From Heptranchias perlo (Eukaryota), in the NCBI RefSeq assembly GCF_035084215.1, contig NC_090349.1:27962001-28026000 (forward strand): 64,000 nt of DNA, written 5' to 3'. This document shows, one piece after another, positions 50,995 to 64,000 of this stretch. Each line of letters starts with the position of its first letter. Position 1 is the first letter of the stretch. Made by a program: the position numbers and the translations under genes. The notes beneath the pieces were generated by a model that ran no database searches, had not been told where the DNA came from, and was given only the letters and a program-made list of their open reading frames with translations.

Positions 50995-52992
50995 TTGCAT
51001 TTATATAGTGTCTTTAACATAGTACAACATCCCAAGGCCCTTCACAGGAGCGTTATCAAGCAAAATTTGACACCAAGCCACATGAGGAGGTATTAGGGCA
51101 GGTGACCAAAAGCTTGGCCAAAGAGGTAGGTTTTAAGGAGCATCTTAAAAGGAGGAGAGGTAGAGAGGCGAAGAAGTTTAGGGAGGGAATTCCAGAGCTT
51201 AGGGCCTGGGCAGCTGAAGGCACGGTTGCCAATGGTGGAGCGATTAAAATCAGGGGTTTGCAAGAGGCAAGAATTGGAGGAGTGCAAAAACCTCGAAGGG
51301 TTATAGGGCTGGAGGAGGCTAGAGAGATAGGGAGGGGCGAGGCCATGGAGGGATTTGAAAACAAGGATGAGAATTTTAAAATCCAGACGTTCCCGGACCG
51401 GGAGCCAATGTAGCTCAGCGAGCACAGGGGTGATGGGTGAACGGGACTTGGTGTGAGTTAGGATACGGGCAGCAGAGTTTTGGATGAGCTCAAGTTTATG
51501 GAGGGTGGAAGATGGGAGGCCAACCAGGAGAGCATTGGAATAGTCCAATCTGGAGGTAACAAAGGCATGAATGAGGTTTTCAGCAGCAGATAGCTGAGGC
51601 AGGGGCGGAGATGTTACGGAGATGGAAGTAGGCGGTCTTGGTAATGGAGCGGATATATTGTCGGAAGCTCATCTCAGGGTCAAATAGGACACCAAGATTG
51701 CGAACGGCCTGGTTCAGCCTCAGACAATGGCCATGGAGGGGGATGGAGTCAGTGGCTAGGGAACGGAGTTTGCGGCGGGGATCAAAGACAATGGCATCGT
51801 CTTCCCAATATTTAGTTGGAGGAAATTTTTGTTCATCCAGCACTGGATGTCAGATAAGCAATGTGACAAATGAGAGACAGTGGAGGGGTCGAGGAAGGTG
51901 GTTATGAGGTAGAGCTTGGTGTCGTCAGCGTACATGTGGAATCTGACGTTGTGTACTTGGATGATGTTGACGAGGGGCAGCATGTAGCTGAGAAATAGGA
52001 GGAGGCCAAGGATAGATCCTTGGGGGACTCCAGAGATAACAGAGCGGGAACGGGAAGAGAAGCCATTACAGGTGATTCTCTGGCTACGACTGGATCGATA
52101 AGAATGGAACCAAGCTAGCGCAGTCCCACCCAGCTGGAACACGGAGGAGAGGCATTGGAAGAGGATGATGTGGTCAACCGTGTCAAAGGCTGCAGACAAG
52201 TTGAGAAGGATGAGGAGGGATAGTTTACCATCCTCCCAGTCACATAGGATGTCATTTGTGACTTTGATAAGGGCCGTTCCAGTACTGTGACAGGAAACCT
52301 GATTGGAGGGATTCAAACATGCAGTTGTGGGAAAGATGTGTGGTCAGCAGTTTAGTGGGAATAGAGCAGGAAATGGGTCTCATGGTCAAGATGAGCTCGG
52401 AGAGGGCATGAGGGGAGATAGGAGAGAAACTGCAGAAAGATGCGAGTTCAGGCTATGACAGGGGGAACTGTAGAGGAAATTTGGCTTGGCAGGCCGGGGA
52501 AGGGAGGGAAGCTGCAGGGACAGCTAGATGGATGATCTCAATCTTAGTGACAAAGTCGTCCATTTGCTCCTTGCACTTTTCGTTGGAGGGGAGGGCGGAG
52601 GGGGCAGAGGAGAGGGGTTTAAGAAGATGCTTTGTAGTGGAGATGAGAAGCCGGGGTTATCTTTGCATTCTAGGATGATCCTGGAATAGTGAGCAGTTTT
52701 GACAGAGGAGAGCAGGACCCAATTGTGCTTTATGTGGTCCAGCCAGATCTGGCGATTAATGGCTAAACCAGCTGTCCTCCATAAATGTTCAAGTCTGCAA
52801 CCCTTGGACTTAAGGGAGTGGAGATGAGGGCCATACTGGGGGAACGACCAGGGTGAAAGAGAGTAACGGTTTTAATGGGGACAAGGGCATCAAAGATGGA
52901 GGTGAGGGTGTGATTGAGTAGATCGGTAGCTGCAGAAATGTCATGGTGAGTGGAGGGCCAAAGGCGAGAAAGTTGGGAATTTGAAAGTGCCG
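50985..52992 (-). mobile_element. L2 LINE fragment
   Basis: [53 protein letters not shown]; (CAA)n tail. Confidence 0.92.
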
Positions 52993-54737
52993 TTTGGCCC
53001 TATCTCTGACTTCGTACTAGAGCTATGGTGCCAATGTGCAGCGGAAACCACCCTGCATCATTACTTTCTGCTTACTTTATCTTCTCTTTTTTATCCTAGT
53101 GTCCTATGAGCCGTTTGGCTTCTTAATTAAAAAAACTTGCCTCAGCTGACTTCAGTTAACTCAGTGCAGACCTACACTAGGTTTTGATCCTGCGATCTTC
53201 CTATCTCTATGCTGTGTTATGCAATATCCAGCACATTTACCAGATAAGCCATCAGGAGAACACCTCTGTGTTGCATTGTGATCAGAAGAGTGAAGAGAAC
53301 TACTTAACAGGAATTAAAATGGCTCTATAGTATTACTTAATAGAAATGTATACTCTCACTTTAAAAATAATTCTCGAACAAAGTTCTTATTATTGCAAAA
53401 CGTAATTTTTATTGTAATAAATTACATTGCCCATATACATGCAAACAAAAAGTGCTTAAACAGCAGTTGCTCACAAAAATTAATACTGTTTACATGTCAT
53501 GTAATGAATCTTCAGATTATTATCATATAGCAGTTCATGAACGTGCTGGGCTCTGACCAGACACAATCAAAGAGCTTTCTATTGTTTGTTCATTAGTAAA
53601 CAGGACTGCAAAATTTAAATGGAAAGAGTTTAAAGCAAAGAAAATGTGACACAATCAATTGTTTACATCAATAAAAACACAGTATGATTATGAACAGTAG
53701 ATAATAATTATCCTTTGTGAAACTATAGTGTTAGATTGCTGCCTGCTGTTAGAATTGATGTAGCCATAACTAATGTTCATTCAATAGTTGGTTGTACCAT
53801 CACATCTATAAAGTAATATTTACATTCATGAAAATGTTTAAGACAAATGGAGTCGATAGATATATAATAATGAATGCTACTGTGAATGACAATCTGTAGT
53901 CCCATGTTGGTTTGGAACTAAGAGTAGTGTAACCTGTGAATGCAAGTAAAAACTCTAAAACAACCACCCCCCATTGTAATGTAATCATAATTATCATTTC
54001 AGTGCAAGGAAATAATTAATGTATATCCATGCATATAATGTCAGACACTAACCATGAAATGTACAACAGAATTGAAACTTAAAGATGATACATTTATTCC
54101 CTATTACAGATTCTACATTATAACTTTACATGTGCATTTAGCATTCCACCAACAGATGAACATACCAAAACTGAACACAGGACCATGAAGTATGATTACC
54201 TTCCTAGTCATTGTAAAATCTGGTGTATAAGTCACACCTTTGTGCATATTTTGTGTCCTCTAAATATAAGGGAGAGGCTTCTATACTAACACAACTTGTA
54301 GGGTTTCAATGAAATGGCAACTGTAAAATAGGACAGTGACTTATGCACATAGGACTGTGACTTATACATCTAGTACAGTTGCTATTTTTGGTCTAGTATG
54401 TTCTTTACCTTTTAAAAAATTTACACCAAAATTGGTCATTACAATTACAATTTGTTTGGGTGATCTGAAGGGCCAGATCAACTTCAGGCATAGTTTCTCA
54501 TTGCAAATCAAACAAATATTACATACAGTGCAATTATACTATAGGACTATTTTTTATCAGATGCACAAAGGGGAAGTACTTAGCATTTCAAACATAGTTG
54601 TATTTACAGGAAACTAGATCCTCTTAATATTTACATTAAGGTTAAGCAATAGGTACATTCAGTGCGGAAAAGTAAAATTATAAACACATGCTAATTTTTT
54701 GAAACACCTAGTTACCTATTTTGATAAATTATTGTTT

Positions 54738-54992
54738 TTTTTATTCGTTCATGGGATGTGGGCGTCGCTGGCGAGGCCAGGATTTATTGCCCATCCCTAA
54801 TTGCCCTTGAGAAGGTGGTGGTGAGCCGCCTTCTTGAACCGCTGAAGTGCGTGTGGTGAAGGTTCTCCCACAGCGCTGTTAGGTAGGGAGTTCCAGGATT
54901 TTGACCCAACAACGATGAAGGAACGGTGATATATTTCCAAGTCAGGATGGTGTGTGACTTGGAGGGAAACATGCAGGTGGTGTTGTTCCCAT
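54738..54992 (-). mobile_element. CR1-group LINE 3' end (a related fragment lies at ~29543-29690, + strand)
   Basis: TTTTATTCGTTCATGGGATGTGGGCGTCGCTGGCGAGGCCAG...GCCCATCCCTAATTGCCCTTGAGAAGGTGGTG resembles a common shark LINE terminus; CpGs retained. Confidence 0.7.
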
Positions 54993-56287
54993 GTTACCTT
55001 GAAATGTACTTTTTTGGTGTATTGTATTGTTTATTACCAGTGTTTACAACAGATCACAATATTTGAAGTACTCAAATTAGGCTAGAAATGTCGCTGAACT
55101 ATTTGCTGCTTGAAAATCCAATTGCTGTGATTTTTTTGCAGGGTTGCAAATAGTTTTTTGCCAAATTGTACGTTTGCAAATGGCAGGTGCTAGGGCATGA
55201 GGGTTCTGCAGATACGGTATGTTTCAGGGTTGGTTGGCAGAATGAATGATCCACCAACTCAAATTCTCCTTTCACTTGCAAGACAACTGACAATGGAGGC
55301 AAATCCAGATAGAAAGCAGACTTGTCCTTCCTTGAAACAACACAAAAGAATAGAAAGTAAAATGTGTGATGTGAAAATATTCAGTTTCACAGTATTAAGT
55401 CTAAAGAAAAGCCAGTGGACAAATTTACGGATTCAATTAACTGACCATAAACTGAGGGGGTGGGGGGTGGAAGTGAAGGATGAGGGAAAATTGAATCACT
55501 GACAAACACAAGCCACCTAACACAACACAAATGTACTCAACCACATGCAACCCTAATCTTTTCACAAGTCAGTTCTACATTTGTGGCTGTAATTTTTGTT
55601 AAATGTTTAAATAATCCCGTCAATATAGCTTCTGATTGAATTCAGGACTGCTTCTCAACAGCATTATTTATTATTCAATCACGCTCTGTCAAAACCTAGT
55701 GCAGCTTTTCAGCTGAACAGATTTTAAATGGGGAGGGACGAAACATAATCTTTAACGTTAATGGAAAAGATTTATTGTATCAAAAAACACAACATAATGG
55801 TGCATATACAGTGCAGTCAATGACAATCTATTTTATATTCCTCAAAATCCTTTAGTAGCCTTTAAGGAATGACAGGGCCAAAAACACAGTGTGTATTTGC
55901 ATCAAAATATTTTACTGATGACCTGCATTTGTCAACGCCACAATGATGACTTAATGCAGATAAGTCCAAGCTTTTATTTCCATGGGACACTTGGATGTGT
56001 AGCATGGATCCTCGTGGCTACGTTTGAAGATTCAAACAATGATCCCATTAATTTGAATATATCTCACTAACAGATCTCAGTGTTCAGATTTGGATTTTAT
56101 CCATCAAACAAGAACAGCCCTTTGCAAGGCCCACAGAATTGAAACAGGACAAACCAGCAAGTTAGTAATAGAACTGAATTGTTTGGGCTTCATGGGCCGT
56201 ACTGCTTATAGCTGTATTGGTCCACAGTTTAGATAGCGCTGGTTTAATGGCTTTCATTCAAAGTAATGAGTAGGAATACTTTCCAAA

Positions 56288-56560
56288 TTACATAGAATTA
56301 CATAGAAAATATAGCACAGAGACAGCCCATTCTGCCCACTTGGTCTATGCCAGCATTAATGCTCCACACGAGCCTCATTACACCCCTCTTCATCTAACCC
56401 TAACAGCATATCCTTCTATTCCTTTCGCCCTTCTGTGCTATCAGCTTCCCCTTGAATGCATCAATGCTATTCTCCTCAACTACTCCCTGTGATAGCTCGT
56501 TCCACATTCTTACCACTCTTTGGATAAAGAAGTTTCTCCTGAATTCCCTATTGGATTTAT
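56288..56560 (-). mobile_element. CR1 3' fragment
   Basis: (TTACATAGAA)2 tail; GTTCCACATTCTTACCACTCTTTGGATAAAGAAGTTTCTCCTGAATTCC. Confidence 0.7.
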
Positions 56561-59529
56561 TTTTCCGTTTATCACTTTGCTCAATGAAATAAAAGGGGCG
56601 ATGATGTCAAAGCAGCTGTGAAAGCTTAAGGGATTGATTTAAGGGGCTAACTGTTATAATTTAGCATTCCCTGTGCAGGGCTTCACACGACGGGAGCGTA
56701 TATTGGGAATTTAGGCATGGAAGCCAGCTCGCTCAATTCGGGGCCTGCCCAATTTTCCATCCATCTCAGGCTGCACTCTTGCGTTAATTTTTCTTAATTA
56801 AAAAACTGGACTCCTTAATGCTTAACGCTGTTTTGTAATTGAATGGTAGCCATATATAATGTGTACATACATATTATGTATATGTTATGTATTTGAAGAA
56901 AGGCATCTTAATGCCTTTTTGTTCCATTGTGATCATATAAAGGGATCATTTTCCCCGTCACACATTTTGAAGTACTTGATCGCCATCCATACAGTACAGC
57001 CATTACATTTTAAGACTGTGTTGTAACCATTGCTGCAACAGTATATCATCTTCTCAGTGTATCAATTAAACAAGATCTCCGTGTACTACATAGATACATA
57101 ATCTAACTTTTGAACAGTTTGTAATTTTCTTTGATTAGCACCATATGTTTATATTTTTATAAAGACATTGCACTATTTTGTTTATCAATAAGATTAAATA
57201 TAGAATTGCAGATATACAGCTTATGTAATTTTGCAGTATCAAACTTTAAAAAAAAATAAAGTCCATATGACTGGTTCTCTTATTGTGAAATGCTGAAGAT
57301 TTGCATCGCAAACTATATCATACTGCCTCATCCTGATATGTTCCAGTCCTCTTAACTTTTAAATGCTGTGCTATTTCAAAGGGAGCTCATTCACATCAAA
57401 TGAGGAAAATCTACTGTGTAATAGCATTAACAAAGTCTGACCAGGAACCCACAAATGGTTGCTGAAAACACAAATAAATGAATGCATGTTCTATCCATTA
57501 TCCACCTGCGACAGACAATAGCAAACCCAACAGCCCAGGAACCACATCTGAACCTGAGGCTTTTTATATGCTGTCTGTATTTATAAAGAGTAATAATTAG
57601 GTCAGGGTGAGGTGCAAGCTGTCATCAGGTCCACTGATTGTGTGATAGCCTTTCAACAGACTCCAAATCAACTGCCATATCACTAATGATACTCATTTGA
57701 TAAGTGTTCTCTTTGCCACCACAATTATTATATACAAATAATCAGTGCCTCTGCCTTTGAAAAAAAGACAAAATACTGAGTGGTTGATACAGAAATGGTG
57801 AACAGTGTGTTACTCTTCCAACAACTGGTCGTGTATTTTAACAGCATTCACAGAGAGCTCCAGTTATTTTTACCATTCAGTTGTTTGATTAATTATTCAA
57901 ACACATTCAATAAGCGCACAGGCAAATTAATGCTTTTAAAATTAATTTTCTTCTCTTGGGTTATGCATCCTGGTCTCCAGCTGATAGGGTACATAGATGA
58001 CTATGCACAGCTCCATATCTCCCACTATTTGCTGCTGTAAGGGTGTGGTTAAATTGTCTCTAAGATGGACGCCCTGATGTTTTCTTTCCTGCTGACTAGA
58101 AAATTCATCTCTACTCAGTGCTGACCTCTGATAACATTGTCTAGATTTTTGTCTGATTACACTCCTGTGAAACAAAACGCCTTGGGATGTTTTACTATGT
58201 TAAAGGCACTATATAAATGGGAGTTGTTGTTGTAGTTTGATAGCTTATCATAAGGAGAAAACAGGAAAGCAAATGAATCCTATATGTTTGCTAAATGTTT
58301 GTGTATGACTAGGCTGGAAGTAATTAGTGATCAGGGTCTAACTTGTAGTATATGAATGAGTGTCACTATCTACAGGATCAAATGATGATTTACTTAAGGT
58401 ATTAAGCCAATTCATCAATCATCAGCCACTCAGATAATCAAACCATTCTGAAAGATTTGATATACATATACATATATGATATATGTGCACATAAGTACGT
58501 TTTGCTCTGAGTAAAACATGGTACTTAAGAAGCAAGTATTTCGTATTATAATGAGATGCATCCCATCCTGAACATTCCCATTAAGCCATGTCCCATATAT
58601 AAAAACACTCAGCACATAGTGTTATAAATGAGAGCTTTATACGTGGATGGGATATACATATAAAAACAAATTTTATGTAGAGCCCTATACATTCACCAGC
58701 TTGCTTTGCTCAGCCAAATTGTGAGAACTTCATAGTGACTGAAAAATGTGTTATTGTTGTAATAGTTCACAGGAATGATAGGCACTAGCACGATGGGCTG
58801 AATGGCCTCTTTCTGTGCTGTATCATACTATAAACTAGGATTGTTACCCTACAATGTCACAAAGCATTGCCATTGATATGGTCATGCACAGTAAAGTCTC
58901 CAAAAACATGACTGTGCTTTTAATATATGAAAAAGCAGATGTGCATTCCTTAAAGTCATATCTGTCTTGCATGGGATTTTTTAAGTGCTTTCTGGATACT
59001 AAGGATGAGTAAGAGGTTCCTTATAAATATGTAGTAATTCATTATGTAGGTCATATGTTATTGGACAAGCATCAAGTGGGCGATCAATTGCTGCCTTTCA
59101 GGAATAGTCCATATGACTACAGGCATTGGCCATAGATTTCTAAGCACTTGTTTGATGTTCTGATTTCTCTGATCATACTTTTAATTCACAGTTATTTCAT
59201 TTGTGATCCTTCACAGATCATAGTTGCAACTAGAAATAGGGATGGGATATTTTATAGAACATAGTATGGTAGTACCTATTACTCCATATTAATGACTATT
59301 TTACTAATAGAAGTTTAAAGAAAAAAAGCAAAACATTAAACTGTACCCCGGTGTGCTAGATATTACATTTTTGAATGATTGCCTGCGGTTATACGGCAAT
59401 CTGGAATGCCAGCAACATAATGCCCATAGATCTAGTAGTCTGTGGCAGTAATCAAGTTCTGCTATTCCCTGTGGCTGTCATAATGACAGCGTGTGAATAG
59501 GAAACTCATCAAGTTTCAAAGTCAGCCAG

Positions 59530-60685
59530 CTACCATTTTAACAGATCCCTGATATAGGACCATAATTTTGTTATCCAGAGATTAACTCCTAATTCAGTCA
59601 AATATTGTAGCTCAGGCGTGAGCATTTTCCTGCAGAGCTTCCTATGTTTTCGGCTGATGTTCTTCTTGAGGTTGTAGCCCATGATGGAGCGTTCACCTAG
59701 TGGTTGCCATGGCTGCAAGGATGCCTCCTGAATGGCGCTTGCATCCACTGGGCGCCCACCATCTATGCAAATTGACTGCATGTTATCATTGCGCCTGCGC
59801 AATTCTGCCACGTCACGCTCCATGCGATCAAACCCATATTGTTCCACTTTTCTCCAGAAAGTTGCATTAAAGTATTGGTACAACATGGAGTCAATTTGGT
59901 TCCAGTTTGTTGCCTTTTCATATAATTCTCCAGTCATTCTTGATACAGTGGAATCTTTCCTTACATTTAACTTAAAATACAAAATATCATCCAGACCCCA
60001 GCACATTACATCCTTCAAAAGAATGAGCGATTCATCAAAATGTTCTAGAAGCATCACCAGCTGGAATCTTTCATCTATAGTTTTAATGTGCTTCTCTACT
60101 TTGGGATCATCGAGATCCAAGTTATTATCGTAGCCAAAGTCAAAAAATAGCAAATTCTTCAAGTAATGGGAGTTAAAGCCACTTGGATCATAATATTGGT
60201 TGGGTTCCCTGAGGAATTCAGCCAGTTTGTCCTCTCCACTTATTTTCCAGGTGAAAGGGATCACCCGACCAAAATAATGAAAAGATGACTCAAATAAATA
60301 AGCAGGGTTCCTGAGGATGGTGAAATAAACAGTGTCTTCAGGGAGCAGCTTGTGGACCTCTTCATTGTTGAACCTCATATGATTACAGATGATATTGAAA
60401 CATGTGCCCGGCCTGTAATCCTTCACCTGGCTCCTGTCAAAGTAGGATGGGTAGTAGAAATCATTCCTGCCATTGGGAAAAGCAAACTTCAGGCGGTGTT
60501 TCTGCCCAAAACGGAAGAGGATGTTGAGGATAGTGCTACTGGCAGTCTTGTGTGTCTTCATGAACATGATATCTTCCTTAGGGGTGCAGGTTTTGCTTAT
60601 CTCGGAGCTGGAATGGGAGCCATTTACTCGGGGAACATTCCTGGCATGTGCAGGTTTATAGGAGCAGGAATAAGGAACAGGAATT
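59530..60685 (-). CDS. GAL3ST1: Galactose-3-O-sulfotransferase 1 (cerebroside sulfotransferase), last coding exon; upstream transmembrane exon not found in the window
   Basis: FMKTHKTASSTILNILFRFGQKHRLKFAFPNGRNDF (5'-PSB motif), FNIICNHMRF, ILRNP...ESSFHYF, KNLLFFDFGYD, CRKMLTPELQY...W*; acceptor TTTTGCCTCTCTTATTAG ends at 60686; lies near MTFP1 as in human 22q12. Confidence 0.94.
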
Positions 60686-61729
60686 CTAATAAGAGAGGCA
60701 AAATATATAATTAGAAACACTGTACTGATAGTACCAGTTTTAGTAGTATACAAGACCTTTCAACATTCTGCTTATAAATGTATCTGTTAAATGCAGTAAA
60801 GCCCCCATTCATTTCTGTGAAAGGATTTACTGTTGCCTATATACTACATAATAACATGGGTTTCTTGGGATTCTCATAGTAATTTTAGCACTCAGCATGA
60901 AATTTAAACAGTTGATTAACAAATCTCATTTGTCACTTTTCTTTGTGACCTCTCCCTGCACTTCTAAGCAATCCTTTATTGATAATGCAGCATTTCGTAA
61001 ACTGAGATTTCTTTCCTCTGCTAATCTGAACAATGGTTAATGAATCTGATTAATTAAAAGGTGTGAAACGAGATGCCCAGAAATAAGGTCATGTCTTTAT
61101 GAGCATTACCCATAATGATGAGAGGGATATACTAAATAAACATGTATTAGTGTGGGAAACAACTACACACGAAAGAAGACTGCACTGAATAATACAGAGG
61201 ATTATTTTTTCAGCATTAAGAACCAAATTTGATATTGCAAAGCCAGCATTAATGCAACATTACGCCGTCAAAATAATTTCAGTGCCCTAGTGATGGTGCC
61301 AAAACCATGTGGGTCAGTATCAAGTAAATTAGGGACGATGCTGCTGAATCTGTCCCTGGTAGATGGAAACACATGCTGATAGTATTATCGTAGAGACTCA
61401 TATTTACATTAAAAGAAAAACTGTGGTCCATATCAAAGTCTCTAAACTCAAGATTCAGAAGATATTGCTCATTATGGTTGCTTAGAACTCCAGCTACAGG
61501 ACCTTTGCAAACAACACCACAGCCAGTATTGGGAAAGAGAAGCTGAGCAGTTGGAAGTGGAAATGTCAAGCTCTCATTCAGCTGAACTATTCTGTAAGGC
61601 TGCATTTGCATTACAGCTTTAGTACTGCTATGAAGTGGTTTCTGCTTTGCACCAACACTAAAGCTGTAGTATAAATCCAGAGTCAGGGTAAGCCTGACTT
61701 TTGTGCACCCCGACTTCCTTTGCCCCACC

Positions 61730-63192
61730 TTGGCATCCTGACTTCCTTGGCAGCCGAGCCTTCAGCTGTCTAGATCTTAAGCTCTGGAATTCCATCCCTT
61801 AACCTCTCCGCCTTTCCACCTCTCTCTCCTCCTTTAAGAACATAAGAAATAGGAGCAGGAGTAGGCCATACGGCCCCTCGAGCCTGTTCCGCCGTTCAAT
61901 AAGATCATGGCTGAACTTCGACCTCAACTCCACTTTCCCGCCCGATCCCAATGTCCCTGGATTCCCTTAGAGTCCAAAAATCTATCGATCTCAGTCTTGA
62001 ATATACTCAACGACTGAGCATCCACAGCCCTCAGGGGTAGATATTTCCAAAGATTCACAACCCTCTGAGTGAAGAAATTCCTCCTCATCTCAGTCCTAAA
62101 TGTTCGACCCCTTATCCTGAGACTATGTCCCCTAGTTCTAGACTCTCCAGCCAGGGGAAACATCCTCTCAGCATCTACCCTGTCAAGCCCCCTTGGAACC
62201 TTATGTTGCAATGAGTTCACCTCTCATTCTTCTAAACCCCAGAGAGTATAGGTCCAATCTATTCAATCTTTCCTCATAGGACAACCCTCTTATCCCGGAA
62301 TTAATCTAGTGAACCTTTGTTCCACGCCTCTAAGGCAGGTATATCTTTCCTTAGGTAAAGAGACCAAAACTGTGCACAGTACTCCAGGTGTGGTCTCACC
62401 AAAGTCCTGTACAATTGCAGCAAGACTTCCTTACTCTTATACTCCAACCCCCTTGCAATAAAGGCCAACATACCATTTGCCTTCCTAATTGCTTGCTGTA
62501 CCTGCATGTTAACTTTCTGTGTTTCGTGTACAAGGACACCTAAATCCCTCTGAACACCAATATTTTATAGTTTCTCACCATTTAAAAAAAAATTCTGTTT
62601 TTCCATTTTTCCTACCAACGTGAATAACCTCACATTTCCCCACATTATACTCCATCCGCCACCTTCTTGTCCACTCATTTAACCTATTGATATCCCTTTG
62701 CAGACTCTTTGCATCCTCCTCACAGCTTACTTTCCCACCTAGCTTTGTATTGTCATCAAACTTGGACGTTACACTCAGTCTCCTCATCTAACTCATTAAT
62801 ATAGATTGTAAATAGCTGAGGGCCAAGCACCAATCCTTGAAGCACCCCACCAGTTACAGCCTGCCAACCTGAAAATGACCCGTTTATTCCTACTCTCTGC
62901 TTTCTGTCCATTAACCAATCCTCTATCCACGCTAATATATTACTCCCAAACTCATGAGCCCTCATCTTGTGTAACAACCTTTTATGTGGCACTTTATCAA
63001 ATGCCTTTTGAAAATCCAAATATACTACGTCTACTGGTTCCCCTTTAAGACCCTCCTTAAACCTACCTCACCTGTCCTAATGTGTCCTTACGTGGCTCGG
63101 TATCAATTTTTGTCTGATTACCCTCCTGTGAAGTGCCTTGGGACATTTTACTATGTTAAAGGACCATAAACTATATAAATGCAAGTTGTTGT
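61730..63192 (+). mobile_element. L2 3' end split by a CR1 insertion (61730-61839 and 63042-63192)
   Basis: CTCTCTCCTCCTTTAAGA|CCCTCCTTAAACCTACCT rejoins into the L2 tail also seen at ~5090-5250. Confidence 0.8.
61840..63041 (-). mobile_element. CR1 3' fragment with 9-bp TSD CCTTTAAGA
   Basis: MDFQKAFDKVPH, LGPQLFTIYIN, RPHLEYCAQFWS, RTRGHSLRIRG; direct repeat at 61831-61839 and 63042-63050. Confidence 0.92.
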
Positions 63193-63654
63193 TTGTGTTC
63201 ATCTATATTTATCTTGTGATTTTGTGTTGAGTGTTGAACAGATACTGTTTCTGCTGTAAAATGACAAGCGGTCTTCCCTTTTTTTGCCAGGTTCTGTGAC
63301 TCAATGCTGCAGTTCACTTTGAAACATATCACTGTACCAAAAATATCTTTGGAATGAAAATTCCTGCCTACCCTAATTTTAATTCATAAGAACATGAGTA
63401 AAAAGCAATGGAAAAAATAATGGGAAAAAGAATTCTGGCCCTAGTGATGTTGTTGACGTATTAATGTGTTTCAAGGTGAACAGCATTACAGTGTCACAAT
63501 ATTAGGCAAACAGAGAAAAATGTTTTGTCATTTTACAATAAAGATGGTGTCTCGAATTTTCTTTAACTTTAGTGAATGAGTAAACATAAGTATAAAGTAG
63601 TGGAAAAACTGATGAAGACGCGTTGTTGCAATGAAAATAATGCAAGGATAACCC

Positions 63655-63900
63655 TCCGACGATTCAGTGGGTAAATGAGCCCTGCGGTGTGCTATTGAGT
63701 CACACAGACCAGAAAGATCCCAGGTTTAATACCTGGATTGTGCTGAGGTAACAATCTTAGCTGGGATGGCAGTGGGAGCATTATAAATGGCTTCTATTAG
63801 GTCCATTCTGTCTCAGAGCTCTAGAGAATAATGGAGGGGAAACATTAGGCAGAATTTCCAGATCTGTAAGTAGTGACAACTGCCAATTAGACTGAGGACA
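63655..63900 (+). mobile_element. Degenerate tRNA-type SINE (a related antisense copy lies at ~53138-53255)
   Basis: TCAGTGGGTAA...CCCAGGTTTAATACCTGG A/B-box-like head followed by TGTGCTGAG. Confidence 0.45.
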
Positions 63901-64000
63901 GGATTGGAATGGAATCATAATGGACACATAATGGGATTACTGTATTACAATGGTAAGTAGGTTGGAAAATTTTAATTCTATGATTGGAGTGGAATTATGC

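Larger units (their letters stand above)
36892..51329. repeat. Tandem segmental duplication, copy 2 (~14.44 kb)
   Basis: Starts inside CR1 (ATAATTCATAATTCCC, equal to 22192) and ends inside the L2 that continues beyond 51329. Confidence 0.97.

Noticed and set aside
59732-60714. Plus-strand ORFs of 133, 120 and 62 aa
   Set aside because: Antisense shadows of the GAL3ST1 exon with no recognisable motifs.
60686-60753. N-terminal extension MYTTKTG...FASLIR of the 407-aa ORF as the GAL3ST1 start
   Set aside because: It is intron read-through over the polypyrimidine tract and AG acceptor; the real transmembrane exon is upstream and was not found.
61279-61728. 149-aa minus-strand ORF as the missing GAL3ST1 exon
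   Set aside because: No type II transmembrane segment or GAL3ST1-like N-terminal sequence.
1-64000. CRISPR arrays, operons or other prokaryotic systems
   Set aside because: Spliceosomal introns and vertebrate retroelements throughout; no repeat-spacer array seen.

Overview
Vertebrate nuclear DNA, most likely a cartilaginous fish (shark), inferred from its CR1, L2, DeuSINE, Tx1, Penelope and Harbinger repeat content. Genes: a complete 4-exon MTFP1 (+, 357-9565, 168 aa); two complete 10-exon ZP3-class zona pellucida genes (-, 27963-33470 and 42374-47893, 378 aa each, with TATA box and a CACGTG E-box at about -215), which the ORF track shows only as fragments; and the catalytic last exon of GAL3ST1 (-, 59530-60685). 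The ZP3-like copies lie in a ~14.5 kb head-to-tail tandem duplication (22192-36894 / 36892-51329) with a chimeric L2/CR1 junction carrying 3-bp microhomology. Most unusual items: (1) a 0.9 kb composite retroposed insert in a CR1, made of a Tx1-like 3' tail, U1 snRNA nt 40-164, U1 downstream flank and a second Tx1-like 3' end, suggesting a U1-targeting retrotransposon or a SINEU-like element; (2) a 98-bp TSD-flanked Penelope-type insert with an intact minimal hammerhead ribozyme core; (3) a two-gene Harbinger transposon nested in a CR1; (4) a hairpin MITE in the MTFP1 3' UTR; (5) template-switch footprints that distinguish the two duplicate copies. All family assignments are from recognition by eye, with no database search.
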